Of a stretch of DNA of 64,000 nt, positions 13,190 to 26,110 are shown one piece after another. Made by a program: the position numbers and the translations under genes. The notes beneath the pieces are model-generated. The model saw only the letters and a program-made list of their open reading frames with translations. It was not told the origin of the DNA and did not search any database. Each line of letters begins with the position of its first letter. The stretch's first letter is position 1. Source of the stretch: Anthoceros angustus (taxonomy: Eukaryota > Plantae > Anthocerotophyta); the NCBI GenBank assembly GCA_010909165.1, contig MU008199.1, forward strand, positions 266,248-330,247, given 5' to 3'.

Positions 13190-13203
13190 TACTCCCCTTC
13201 TCA
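13190..13203 (-). promoter_or_regulatory. Polypurine tract
   Basis: Minus strand reads GAGAAGGGGAGTA immediately before the TG of the 3' LTR. Confidence 0.85.
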
Positions 13204-13224
13204 TTTGTTGGCGTCCTCGCCAAC

Positions 13225-16200
13225 TTAGGTATAATACTTCTTGACCCTCCACCCATTGACTCGGGTTGGTAGTGGAGGGCCACCTATTTCTTGCAGTTGT
13301 ATGGATCCATTGGTAAAGACTTCGAGAACCCTATATGGCCCCATCCATCGAAGGTGGAGCTTGCCGGGAAAGTGCATGTACCTATTGTCGTACAGCAGGG
13401 CCAAGTCACCGGGAACTACCCACTCTTGCTTCCGCAACCGATTGTCATGCCATATTTTCCGTTTCGCCTGAATATCCTGCATGACGCTCAACGCCTGTTC
13501 CCTATCCTCTGTATGTTTAGCGAAGCGACGGCGTTCGACTTTCCTCCATCGCCATGCGGTTAGTTTCCGGATAGGGGTGGAATTTCAAACTCAATTACCG
13601 GGAGAATGGCCGAGGTGAGGTAGCGGTGTTTGTTGCGTTGTTATTTTCTGCGATCTCAGATGCCAGAGCGGAGTGAAGCTTAAGATCCCATACGCATATT
13701 CCACCGTTAGCTTGTTGAGGATCCCGCAAGAGCCCATTCGCCTTTTCCGTTAAGCCATTTGCCTTGGGATTATAAGGAGTCGTTTTTGTGGCGACGTTGA
13801 AGTAGATCGTCATATGAGATATAACTTCTGAAAATGTGACCCTCACCGACAAGCTCCAAGGGACAACCATATCGAGTGATAATATGTTCATAGAGGAACT
13901 GGCCACTACATGATGTGTTCACTGAGTGCTTGGGCTTCCACCATACGCGTGCAATAGTGGGCCACGAGGATGTATTGGTTTTGTCGCCCTCGTTTTTGGT
14001 GTATGGGACCAACAAATCTATTCCCCATTTCTCGAATGGCGCCAGGCCAATATCGGAACCATTGGCCATTGAGTGGTTGTGACGGTTTCCCAACCCTCCG
14101 ACAGCATCAACGCTTTAACAAACTCCTAGCATCCGATGCATGGTTTGCCACCAATACCCGTTTCAAGCACCTTCTTGCACGTGATATGTGCAAAAAATGT
14201 CCTCCGCTTCCCTCGTGCATCTCCAAGACTGGATAACTGCTCCTTGTTACCCATAACTGTCCGCCCATCCATCCGAGGTACAGATTGTCTTTGCGTATAA
14301 ACGGAGAATAGTGCACAAACGCCTGGGTTTGAAAGATCCGGTGGTATTTTCCTGCTTGTGAATTCCATCATCTCCTCGTGGTGGGCCTTGTGTATCCGTT
14401 CTCCTTCTCATTTCTGCCGAGCCACCATTTACCCTCGCCTTATGGTTGCCGCCCCCTCTAACTCGTCATGAACAAAGCTTCATCGGAAAATGCTTTGGTC
14501 TGTGTAACCTCCTCGTTTCCTCGAAATGTAATCTGCATTCACATGTTTACTCCTCCTCTGGTCTCCACCGTGAACGTGAATTCTGCAGAGTAGGATCCAT
14601 CTTGCTATGCCCGCACAAGTTTTGTTTACTGTGTGTTTGAGGCGAAGTGGTCCACATGGAAGACGAACTCGTAGGATAGCAATAGTGATAGCGAACCGAG
14701 TACACCATCCCGCGCCTCCTCTGGTGGTGGTATACTTTTCTGCTGAGTCCCCATAATAGATTGATAATCGTGCTTCTTGTCATCCTTTGGCTTAGAATGG
14801 TACCGATTGCATAGGCCAAACGTCTACAAACACGTGGAATTTCTTGCTCCGGTCCCAGCAGGTGCCGTGATCGTGGTGGTGCGAAGATCATTGAAGGCCT
14901 CCTCGCTTTTCGGCGTCCATTCCCACTCCCGGTCCTTGCGCTGTGTGAGCCGCCTTCCGAGAAATTCTTCACAAACCTTCGATAATAGCCTACCATTCCG
15001 AGGAATCCCTAAGCTCCTTGGTGGTAGGTGGCTTGAGGCGGTAATGATTTTGACCTTATCCGGTCGACCTCTATCCCCTGCAAAATGCGGTGCCCCAACA
15101 AAATACCCTCCGCATGCCGAAATAACATTTCTCGGGATGTAGACACAATTGTCTCTGACACTGCTCCAAACATTTGCGAAGGTGGTTGAGGTGATCTTCG
15201 CCCAAACACGCAGAAGTCATCGGAAGACCTCCATGAAGTCCCTAAGGTATTCCTTGAAAATCTTGACAATGTCGCATGAAGGATCCGGTGCCCTGTTAAT
15301 CCGAACGCACCGCTTTTGTAGGCATAGGTTCCCCGTAGTGAAGGTGGCCAATCACTCTCCACGAGATGTGGTGATTATACCCGAATACCCATCCAGAACG
15401 AGTAGACCATTCTCCCGCAACTAAGTCCGATGTTGTCTATGAATGGAAGCGGGTAGTGGTCTTTTTGGTCACCTTGTTTAACTTCCTCCAATCTGACTGT
15501 ATCTTCCCTTCCGCTTTTGGGAACCACCACAATTGGGGCTACCCACTCCGATGTCACAATAGGATATATGACGTCGCAAGTAGAGCTCCAATTGTTCCTT
15601 TACCTTCAATACTTTGGATTTAGCTTGTATTGATCCGATGCACGGCCCCGGCTCGAGATCAATCTTGTGCTCCCCCCACTCCCTCGGTATACCCTTCATG
15701 TCTGTAACGTCAAAAGCAAAAACATGGATAAATTCCGCCAACAGCTGTTTCATCCCCCTTTCCAAGTCTGCATTCATCCTGTTCGAAAACTTAAGGACTT
15801 TCCCAGGCAACACCTCCACGTCCTTGACCTCATCCGTCTGTACCCACTCTCTTTCCACCGGCGCGGATGTGATTCCGAACCCTTCCTCCGGCTGTCTTGG
15901 TTCTCCTTCCCGCATTCCCCATTCCCGGAATAGGTCGGAGGTAAACGTGAGACACCCTCCTCGCACCCTCCGAAGTTTGTCCAGACAAGGCTCCGGCTCA
16001 CCACCTCTACTTCTGTTCCTCGACCTCGTCCCGCCTTCTCGATCTCCCCACCACCGGGTTGTCAATTGTGACTCCATAGCACCCTAATAGGTTGATGGAA
16101 TGGGAATATCTCTCCAGTCGTCCTCTTCATCGACCACGAAATATGTGCGAATGGAAATTTCTCCTTCTCATCCTCTCCCCCAGAGGTATCTTCAGCAGAG

Positions 16201-18370
16201 GTGTATCCCTCCGTTTCCGTGGGTGTTTCCCCTACGTACGTATCTCTGCTCCAAGTCAAACATATCCTACCCTCCTTAATTTTGGAATCCCAGTCCAGAG
16301 GTTTGCCTTTCTTGCCCATTTGAAGGTGCAACGTGCCCCATACATCCATGTTCGTCCAATGAGAACCTCATATCCTGGCGCTTTTTGTTTAATGACCACG
16401 TAGTCCATGAGGTACGGAATGGTACCAATATGGGTTAGGACTCTCCTCACGGCGCCATTTTGGACATGTCCGCCACCGCAACACCTTTGATGTATGTTCT
16501 ATCGCAACCCAAGCTTCCGAGGGTCTCCTCTCATGATGTTGACTCGACCGAATCTAGCGGCACCTTCTTGATTACACATCCCGCAATTTCTATCTCAGAG
16601 CTCAGACCCCGTCCATCATGGCCACCATATTCACAGCAAGGGTTTCGGCCTTGGGGTGGAAAGGTTCCTCTTCGCCGCCTTCAATGCTTGGTGCATGATG
16701 TGTTGTCCTCGATGAAGTAAAACTTTTGGTCCATGATCGCCAAATTGAAGAAAGTGTTTCTGTTCTTGCCCCCCCCCACTGTAGTCAAGTCGATGGCTGG
16801 TCGTGAGGTCGGGCCGGTGAGGGCCAGGTTGTGACATCATAACTCCTCGCCATTCGCTCGACTACCAAAACTCCTTTGCGGGGGTTCCCATGTCGTCCGG
16901 GGGGGCCTTCTCGTCCATCCCCCAACGTTGTGCCTGGCTTCCTCTTGATGCCGCGCCCACCCCCGACTCTTTTTGTGGTTGGACTCTCTTCCTTTCTGAC
17001 GCCCCTTCCTCTCACGGACGTTATCTCTTCTTCCTCTCGCTCCCTTCTTAGGGGTGTCCGCCTTCCCCGCCTCGTCTCGCAGGAGTTCCGTAATACCAAT
17101 CCACATCCCCAACCCTCCATCTCAAATCCTCCCCTCATGCCATCCGCTTCAGATTGCATCTGGGCACCGCGGGTGTCGAGGTTGAGCTCCTGTTTTTCTT
17201 TCGGAGACGGCCAGCACTGTAATTCTCACATCCTCACAATCGACACCTTTGCTCCTCGGCCAATGAACCGAATGCCCATGCCTGATTGCGTTGCCCATGC
17301 TGGGTTTCGAAACTCGAGGGGTACAAAGTCTGGTACCCAGATCGTGTTGCCTTGAATTTGGTATGTATCTTCCAAGCACATCTCTTCCTCTCCTCCTCGT
17401 AGCTTGGTTGCACTTTTGTTTGTGGACGTTCGACCTCGAGTGCCCTGTCCACAAGTTGAGCGAAGAGATTCGCCCGCTCCAAGAGCAACCCTTCTTCTAT
17501 CATGGTCCTTGATGGCATTAAGATGGAGTTTCTCGCTTGACCATCATTTCCTCCATCTTGTTCCCTTGTTGCTCCACTTTTTTTTGCTTTCCACCTCTCT
17601 TCTCACCGCGTCCCTTCGTGCATATAGCAGCTCCTTCCCTTTGCACGCGTCTTGTTTCCTACCATTTTTCCCTTCTTCCTTCTATCCCTTGATTGCGCTC
17701 ACCTTCCGAATTCTCCTCCGAATCCTCATGGTCTCCTTCCGTGGAGCTACCCGAGGAGTCATTGAAGAGCTATCCTCCGCTGAACTCCATCGGAGGACGA
17801 ATAGTACTTCTTCTTCTTTTGTATTTCTTTTTGTCCTTCCGCGCCCTTGTTCGAGTTCTTCTTCTCTTCGCGTTGGACTCCTCATAGTTCGTGAGCACTT
17901 GATCGCCCGATCCAAATCTTTCTCACTGAGACGACGTGTCTTCCCATCTCCGCCCAATCCTCTTGCAAACCAAATAATGGCCATTAGCTCCGAGTGCGGA
18001 CCGATCCGTGGTAGGTGGAACCTTTCCACATAAGCTGCGGTCTCCTTCTTCCCTCTCCGCAATCCCTCGAGTTTGGACAAGACATATCCTTCCACATCGA
18101 CCCTCCGAATCTTTCACAAAAGCTCTCTCAAGGCCCCAAAGGTAGGGGTGTGGAAGAAGCTATGTACTCCGCTTGTACCACTTGGCGCTCCGAAGACTCC
18201 ATAAAGCCTGGGCACGCGCATCCTCCCGTTGGCAAGCGCCACCGCTCAAAACGCCGACAAACTCGTCAGATCCTCATGGCCCTTCTTTTCTCCATACAAC
18301 GGTAAGATTGCTTAGTAGTAACAAGCACCGAGATCGCCATAACTACCGGGTAGTACTTTCAACGATCATG
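13225..18370 (-). pseudogene. gag-pol polyprotein (heavily frameshifted): Gag, protease, RT, RNase H, integrase
   Basis: Gag: LEGLRRGKKETAAYVERF. Protease: LDS..VNIM and YEVLIGRTWM. RT: FAFDVTDMKGIP, EWVAPIVVVPK, KDHYPLPFID, DDFCVFG. RNase H: YAIGTILSQ. Integrase: MHEGSGGHF, PFEKWGID, TTPYNPKANGLTEKAN, GKLHLRWMGPY and RVNGWRVKKYY (Athila-type C-terminus). The 5' boundary is approximate. Confidence 0.9.
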
Positions 18371-18740
18371 TAGTTGACGCGCCACTACGCCCTGACCTCT
18401 ACATTCACGAAGTTTGACTGACCGCGATCTAGGCAACTGGAGCGTAGATCAAAAGACAAGGTGGGATCGGGTACCGCCCTTGTACCGCTCGTAGTCGAGA
18501 GTTGGGAATCAACTGATAAGATCCGATCCCTAGTTCCGAGTCGACCCCCCCTTCCTCGTCCAAGTGTGATCTCCGTGCCTCTCCTCGTAACTCTCTGCAA
18601 TCTTTCCGCTGCTGCCGCTTGCCGCGTTTCCCCATCCGTAATCGCTTGTCTCCACCCGAGGCATCCATCTATCATCTAGTAATGCTAGACTCTACTTAAG
18701 CTATGGTTAGTTCCTTCCTACGCCCTGATGCGATTCCATT

Positions 18741-18755
18741 CCCGCAACGGCGCCA
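18741..18755 (-). promoter_or_regulatory. Primer binding site TGGCGCCGTTGCGGG (Athila-type, tRNA-Asp-like)
   Basis: Lies 3 nt after the CA end of the 5' LTR on the minus strand. Confidence 0.85.
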
Positions 18756-18758
18756 AAA

Positions 18759-20367
18759 TGTGGAGTGTGGAGTGGGGACACCGTGAGGTCCACATTCACC
18801 CTCAATGTCGTAGGCTTAGGATTCGCTCCCAAGGGAATGGTTTGTGCCAAGAGACGCTAACTTCTATCACTACCAACTTCTTGCCTAAGTCACCGCTACC
18901 ACTCTTACCTATCTACTCAACTACTACTACCTCCCGACTCTCCAACTACCACATCTTATTCACGACCGCCCTTTCTCCACGCTCACTCGGTAGTTGCCGA
19001 CACCGAGGTGGGTCCCACCCAAACCCTAGCGATTATTTTCACGGGCCCGCCAGGCCCGCCTGCGGGCCTGTATTCTCACCCACACACACACACACACACA
19101 CACACCGATTCCTACTAAATTCCACATCCCACACTCAATCCACACACACACACACAACACACGCACACTTACAAGAACGCTTGCGCACTTCCACAAAGAC
19201 CGACCGGTTTGGATTCTTCACACAATTCAACCTCCACGCTTCTCCTCAATTAGTTCCTCTCAACTCTCACACCTCGCATCGCAGACAAGGTTTAGTCTCC
19301 TTCACCCCTCTCTCTCTCTCTCTCTCTCTCACCCTCCTGCTTCCAACCATCCACTCACTCACCTCACACCCAGAAAGAAGTGAAGGAAGAAGAAGGCCAC
19401 AAAGGGCGCACGAGCAAGCTCCACCCGCCCCGCGCCAATCCCTTGGTTTCCTCCTTGTCGAAAGATTGATCACCCTCCTCCCCGGCGGAGCAAGCTCTCG
19501 ACCACCCCTAGGAGCGCCTCGCACACCGCCTCAATCGGACGCTCCAACCAGCCACGTGCTGGGGATCTCAACCAGAATTATCTCACGTGAGGGACCTAAT
19601 TGCCCCTCTTATACATCGGGGGCCATGCCCCGGATTTTAGGTCCTAAGATGGCTATCATGAAGGGACGCGCCCACAACGGAGCGATCCTAGGTCCGCAAG
19701 ATCCTAACCAAATTATCTTTAGGTTACCACCTCGCACGCTTATCTCTACCTCGACTTGGCCCCCGCCCCACGCCCTCCATTGCCGCCGCCACGAGCTCTC
19801 CGCCACGCTGGCCTGGACAGTTCTCCCACACTTCCACCTCACCGCCACCTGGACGTCCGAATTTGAGGTGTACCGCCTGGGCTTCCGTGATCTTCCGCCG
19901 CCTATTGCCGAGGATTATTACGGTTCCTCGTCCACCCAAGCTCGGACCTCCTCCTCGCTCAACTCCTCCAAAGTCGCCTCCGCATAATAGGGGGCCAACC
20001 CCCACACTCGGGCGTAGTGGTAGAAGTATGCACTTCGGGTCCTCACTTGCAGTAGGTAGGCCCTGATCCCTCCTATTTCCACACGCACATGGACAGTGAA
20101 GTTAAGCACGCGTTCTCCATTCACATATATAGACTTTTTGGTGGACATCCCAAGTCCATGGGCCAAGGAACACCAAGTTCCCGGACCATTTAATTTCTAA
20201 CCTAAAAATCAAGACAAGAAAAAAGAACCAGAGGCCAAGGACATTTCTTCTATAAATACCTTTGCCTACTGTCAACCTAACTTATTTTCACACCATACTC
20301 GACCAAAAAAAAAAAAAACACTTCCAGGCACATCCCAACAGGGGTTTCCAAGTCCAGATCGTTTACA
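18759..20367 (-). repeat. 5' LTR (about 1.61 kb)
   Basis: Plus strand reads tgtggagtgt...gatcgtttaca. It contains (CA)n and (CT)n tracts and is homologous to 11448-13189. Confidence 0.9.
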
Positions 20368-21424
20368 TGGCCTGAGGAATTTGATGAGATTTGTTTGAAG
20401 GGCCAGGAGATGCAGGTCCACTTAAATGCTAGGGTCAACACGTTTGCCAAGGAGATGCGTTCCTTGTTGACAAGGAAGTTGTTGGGTCCCCACGATGGAG
20501 GAGATTTTGAAGAATTGCACCCTCAACTCGGAGATTCGTGACTTGAGAGTGAAATGGATGCGAAGGCTAAGTGTGGGAGGAGCCAATGGAAGAGGAAGAG
20601 ATTTCCAGCAGCCGTAGAGTTGGTGGGGTGTCTCAAGGCAGATGAGCCGCACCAACACCCAACCGCCTGGAGGTAATTGCGCCGGGCTGTCAGATGATTA
20701 CGAGAGGCGGCTTACAAGAGCGCCTGCAAGAGGGTATGCCCACCGCCTCAACAAGATCGCCGAGACAGTGTGGAGGTTCCCGCCATGACGACGAGTGAAG
20801 AGATCCTGACAGGGACCCCCAAGCCAAGAGGAGGAAGACGGTGGTTGGGCACAGCCATGCCAACACCAAGAAGAAGTAGGCGATAGTTGGTAGGGGAGTG
20901 AATGGGTCATTAAGACCCCTAGGGGTTAGTGGGATTGTTAGGAGGTAGGTTAAGAACCTTTTAAGAGGCCACCTACTTAAAAACCGTAAGCAACCCCACC
21001 TACCCCACCAGACTTAATTAATGCTAGGGTTTGGGGGAGCTCCTATAAGAGGGGGAGGAGCTCCCATAATAAAATGTCATGCCTTGCTCTCCTGACCTGT
21101 GTGTGCTTGTCTTGCTACACAAGCGTGCGTGCCGACCGTGTGAGGGTGCATGGTGTCTGGTAGGGTCTTGAGGTGCGGTGACCAGGGTGAGGGCGGGGCC
21201 CAAACCTTTCTTTCTGGAGGTAGCAGCTGGGTAGCGTTCGAGCGGTGAGGGAGCGGCATTGTGGTTGCAAAGTGCGACAGACTGGTAAAGGGAAGACCCC
21301 TAGCAAAATCCAGCACGCGGGACGTCACTTGCAGCCAAATGTCTGGCCTAGGTCCGTGAGGGCAATGCCCTATGATCTGAGGCAGTTGCTGGGAGGCCAG
21401 GAGGGCGCCCAGGGCTGATAGTTA

Positions 21425-21652
21425 GCTAGGAAGAGTGGAAGAGGTAGATTAGAGAAGAGAGGAGAAGAGAGGAGAAAAGAGAGAAAAGAGAAAAGAAAAG
21501 AGAGAGCGAGAGAGAGAGAGAGCGAGAGAGAGGACGAGAGAGGAGCTAGAGAGGATAGGGAGCAAGAGAGGAGAAGGAAGGAGCACGAGAGAAAAGACAA
21601 AAAGACAAAAAGAGAAGAGAGGAGGAAGAAACCTAGACAAGAGAGGGGAAGG
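21425..21652. repeat. GA-rich low-complexity/microsatellite tract
   Basis: Near-pure purine run (gagaagagaggagaagaga...). Confidence 0.85.
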
Positions 21653-22059
21653 CGAAATTTCAAGGGCTGTGACAAGAGCTTGAGGGGGCGGCCCCAAATT
21701 TGTCATGAGAAGGGTCTTAGGGAGTGTAGGAACTGCCCTGGTGGGAGGATTGCCCACTGTACGGTGATTTGGGGGGTCCCCAAGGTCGCACGCAGATTGG
21801 GCTGCCTCTCGCGACGAGGTCCGCCACGAGTCATCGCGCGAGGGTAGTGTGACTTACCTAGGGTGGGTCACCGGCGCCGGTAGGAGGGGGCGCAAGGCCG
21901 GGCGCCTGCTCGGAGTCGAGAGTCGAGAGGTCCGTGAGGGCGCACCTTCCATCCGTGCGGGGAAGGGCTCCCCCACTCCTTCGTGGGAACGAAACCTACT
22001 GTACGAACCGACAATGGGATAAGTGTGGCCGCTACAGGGCTGAGGGTTCCGGGGGTCCC

Positions 22060-22270
22060 AGGAACCTCCCACCACATGGGTACCGCAAGAAAGGCTTGGC
22101 CCACATTGGTAAGGACTGCACAATCGTATGCGTTCCAGAGAGGAGGAGATGGCATGGTACTGGATACGAACGGAAATGAAATCGGGGAGCCTACAATAAG
22201 GGAACGAGAACGAGCCATGGGATTCGATGCAGAATGTACCTTCACGCACGGTGTCTCCGAATATAAATCG
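22060..22270 (+). pseudogene. C-terminal fragment of a C5-cytosine DNA methyltransferase (TRD plus motif IX), retrotransposon-borne type
   Basis: GTARKAWPTLVRTAQSYAFQRGGDGMVLD...EPTIRERERAMGFDAECTFTHGVSE resembles the EPxxxERExxMGFxxxxT motif IX of DNMT3/DRM-like and retroelement DNMTs. Motif X and the catalytic PC motif are absent. Confidence 0.62.
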
Positions 22271-23794
22271 GAACCCTTTTGACTCAAGCTGAATGGTGCG
22301 CGCTCGCACCGTATGTCCGAGGTCGAGTCGTTTCCTTTGGTGAATCGTTCCCCACCACTTTCCTATTTATTATGTGAACGCTTAAACCCACGATTTTGAT
22401 ATCTTGGCTGGTGTAAAAATGTGCAAACACACCCCACATCGGGTATTCATCTTCCAATCTTACGTGTTTTTTAAGGGTAGGTGATATAGTCTAGAGGGAA
22501 AAAATGAAAAATTAGTAAACAAAGCTTGAAATGCACGGTTTCATTTGAAAACTCTTCATTCTTTATACATCATTTTTTAGTAAAATTTTAAAAAGAGCCT
22601 AATGCACGGTTTTCCGAAAACAAACCCCTGTTTTCACACCCTCAAAATTAGAGACGAGGAGCCGTCTCTACTTCTTAGGAGACCTTTACAGTAATGTATG
22701 TGTGCAGGGAACATCAATACAGACCGACATGTTGCAAATGCAGGAAGAGCGTCTGGGGGAGTGTGGGATGAGAACATTTATGCCTAATGCAGGAAAAGAA
22801 ACGCGGCCATCATTGGGGGCTGGAAGACAAGAGAGGCAAGGTATAGAGATAAGGCATCTGTTCAAGCTTAAGGGGCTTAAGGGGATTCGACAAGCACGCA
22901 CTTGGTGGGCTGACGGCATCACAGCATAGTGATGAGGAGGAGGAGGAGAACAGGGAGGTCGAGGAAGAGGACCTAGAGGAAAACCAGCCACTGCCAAATT
23001 TTGTACCGGACACATACCTAGCGAAGTCTAAGGCTAAGAGCATGGACCTACACAGCGGTGCTTTGGCAGAGGTGATGCAGGTTGTAGAGAAGGGAGGAAG
23101 CCGGAAGAGGCTAGGAAACCAAGAGCAAGGCCTGGAGAGCCAGATGGGGGACCATGAATAACACGGTCAAGGGCTGTGCCGGCGAGGAGGACGTTGACAA
23201 GCACGGAACCGGTGGTAGGGAATGGGCGGAAACGAATCAGGGACAAGGCGGCCAAGGTGAGCCTGCAAATTGCAATTGTTCAACTAGTGATTTCTCTGTG
23301 CTTACAAGCCAAGGGCCATCTGTATACCATGTGCATGGTTGTGATTGCAGAATTCCAACATCACAATGGGAGAAACGCACGCACATGACAGCAAGAAAAT
23401 GGCTATAGAATGGAAGAGGAAGGGGAACGCCAAGAATTTCCAAGTTCACAAGTCGTGTGGAAGGCCGAGAGTTTCCAGCAGCTACCTACGATGTAAAGTA
23501 GGCATGGCATGTACCGTGCACGGGCCAAGGATGAGGATAATTTGCGCCACAACCCCCACTTCACTCTGGCAGCGACAAAAAGGAGCACACTAGAACCAAC
23601 TGTGGATGGTCGGATAAACCGGCTTGTGTATTGTGCATTAAAATATGGATATGTCATATAATTTGACTGTATGGGTTTGTACATATACGAACATTATACG
23701 GGTGACACATACAAACGCACGATACACGGGATGGCATATAAAATACTCTACATAATACAGGGGACAAAGCTACATGTAAAATACATAAATAGCC

Positions 23795-23930
23795 GGGTGA
23801 ACGTATTGCTAATATCAGTACAAAAAAATACGGCACAAAAGGTATACAGTTGATATACGTTGAAGAGACGGGTGAACGTATTGCTAATATCAGTACGGAA
23901 AAATATGGCACAAAAAGTATACAATTGATT
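23795..23930. repeat. Two-copy direct repeat (about 75-nt period)
   Basis: gggtgaacgtattgctaatatcagtac..aaaaata.ggcacaaaa.gtataca.ttgat occurs twice. Confidence 0.75.
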
Positions 23931-24129
23931 ATAGGTATTGGAATAATCAATCTCAAGAAATTACCTAGTTTACAAAAGCATATACGTAAAATACGTGGAC
24001 AGCCTCGTACACGTATAACGATAATGATGCCAGAAAAACACAAGAGTAAAAGCAACAAGGGTTAACGTAGATGGGGAGGAGGTTCGGTACCAAGCCTACA
24101 AAACTGTAAGAAGAGACGATGTAACACTT

Positions 24130-24473
24130 TCATTGTTATAATTATGTTGAAATTTTGAGAGGGGACACATACCACCTTACAATAGATTGCAACGTAATTG
24201 GAACAAGATTATAACATGAGTGTAACAAAGTGGAGTTTGGTTGTTGCAATTATGTTGAAATTTTGAGAGGGGACACATACCACCTTATAATAGATTGCAA
24301 CATAATTGCAACAAGATTGTAACATGTGTAACGAGGTGGAGGGTTAGTTTCCAAACCTGAATGTAACAAGGGGCCCAAAGAGTGTAACAAAACCCCAAGG
24401 TTTCAACATAATTGCAACAAAAGGGTTCAAATCTTAACATAAAGTGTAACATGGCTGCTCTTTTCTAGTAGGG
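24130..24473. repeat. Repeat of about 110 nt (two copies) plus an inverted partial copy, ending in a CACTA-like terminus
   Basis: attatgttgaaattttgagaggggacacataccacctta.aatagattgcaac.taattg occurs twice. The inverted tttcaacataattgcaacaa is at 24401. ttttctagtaggg (24461-24473) is one mismatch from the reverse complement of CACTACTAGAAAA. Confidence 0.5.
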
Positions 24474-25769
24474 GCAATAGCTTGAAGAAATGAAAATCTA
24501 TGTGGCCACTATATTAATTGTGTTGTCTTAAAAAGCAGCTCTCTTTTCACGGGCGATATAATTGAGAACGTAAACTTGTCGACCCAATGAACTTTGACAT
24601 ACACATTGTAAATCAGGCAACCCCATAGGACCTTACAAGAGCTATTCTTTTTTTGCGGGAAACGTGATAGAGATCGTAAGTCAAGCGATCCCAAAGGGCT
24701 TTGAAAACTTAAATTATCAACTAGGCGACTTGAAGGACTTCAACAACTTAGATTATCAACTAGGTGACTCGAAGGGCTTCGACAACACATATTGTAAACT
24801 AAGTGATCCCGAAGAGCTTAGACAAAATAAATTGCTCAGGCTTGGCGAGATTTCTTAAGTATTTATTACTTTAGAAACAAGCTGAAGAAGAAAATGCCGT
24901 AGGAAAAAAAATCTTTACGCGCATCGCCGAGTGGCTCTACGGGAGTTCACACAAAGACGAGCAAACTTCCAATTCCATTTATGTCAATTCAGGTGTGTGA
25001 AGGCACGTGGACGAAGGAGAGAGCCAGATGACACAAAGCACGAATTTCGAACATCAAACTCGATTGAATAAAGGAATGTTTCTCGAAAGGTGTCTTTTAA
25101 GTATGTCTGAACCTCATAATGAAGATTTACGTAAATAATCATAAATTGTGCAACCCTAATACAATGAATAATAGGTGAAGTACATAGTTATAGTGCACTA
25201 GCTTGACAAAAAAGGACCGTCACATGCTTCAAACATTATCTCCCACCAAACATACTCGATTGCCATTGGCCATAGCTGATAACTAAGAAGAAACAACTTG
25301 AGAAATGTCAGGATGAATTTCGGTTGGATAAGAAGATTTTGGAACCTGTTCGTAGTAAAGTTATCACTTTGAGTTCGTCTACGCATGGACTAATTGTTTT
25401 TCAACTTTTTGCTGGAACTTCAGCTATCATGGCTGTTGGTTATGCAGTGAAGAAATATATTTATTGGGATTCTCATAAAGTTTATTAAGCTATTGCAAAA
25501 GTCAAGGCGGCAAAGTTGTGTATGAAGTATCCCACCCAGATGAGATTTGAAGCGGTGAAACAATCTTTTGTATGTGCCCTCAAGATATAAGACTTGTTGA
25601 GTCAAAACAATTTCATGTGGTCGAAGAGATTGACCTTGTGATGGCTGGAGTGAAAAGACAATTGCATCTTGTTTGTGGATAAACACGAAAGGAACCAAAG
25701 GAGAACCGAATTTAAGCCGAGTATTAAGTTTTTAGATTATAGCAAGTGTGAGTTTATGAAAGAGGATTT

Positions 25770-26110
25770 TGCATCGAGGAAGATGCTAGTTGATTTTGGA
25801 GCGCAACCCACTCTCATCCACTTCAGTATAGCATATGCTTTGGGGCTGGGAAACGAGGATGTACAAGAGAGAAAGTGAAAGATTAAAATGACTAATAGAA
25901 GCTTAAAGGTAATTATGGGAGAAACTAAAAGAAAATTATGCTTGTGTTTCAAGTTTGGGCCGGAAGAGGAGACAACACGATGCGTGAGGTGTTTAGGAAT
26001 GAAATCAGGGAACTTTGATGTCATCTTAGCGATAGAAGCTATATACATACCTAAAGGAGGTGTAGATCTATGGATTGAGAATTTTACTATCAACCTGGTT
26101 GGCAAGAAAG
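25770..26110 (+). mobile_element. Degenerate retrotransposon aspartic protease, same family as 8240-8691
   Basis: MLVDFGAQPTLIHFSIAYALGLG ... GNFDVILAIEAIYIPKGGVDLW. Confidence 0.5.

Larger units (their letters stand above)
11448..20367 (-). mobile_element. Full-length Athila-like Ty3/gypsy LTR retrotransposon with 5-bp TSD TGGCC
   Basis: TG...CA LTRs at both ends. TGGCC at 11443-11447 and 20368-20372. PBS and PPT are correctly placed. Domain order is gag-PR-RT-RH-INT on the minus strand. Confidence 0.93.

Noticed and set aside
18728-19987. 419-aa ORF as a protein-coding gene
   Set aside because: It lies inside the 5' LTR and reads through (CA)n/(CT)n tracts. Only its last about 80 aa are considered, under the antisense-ORF finding.
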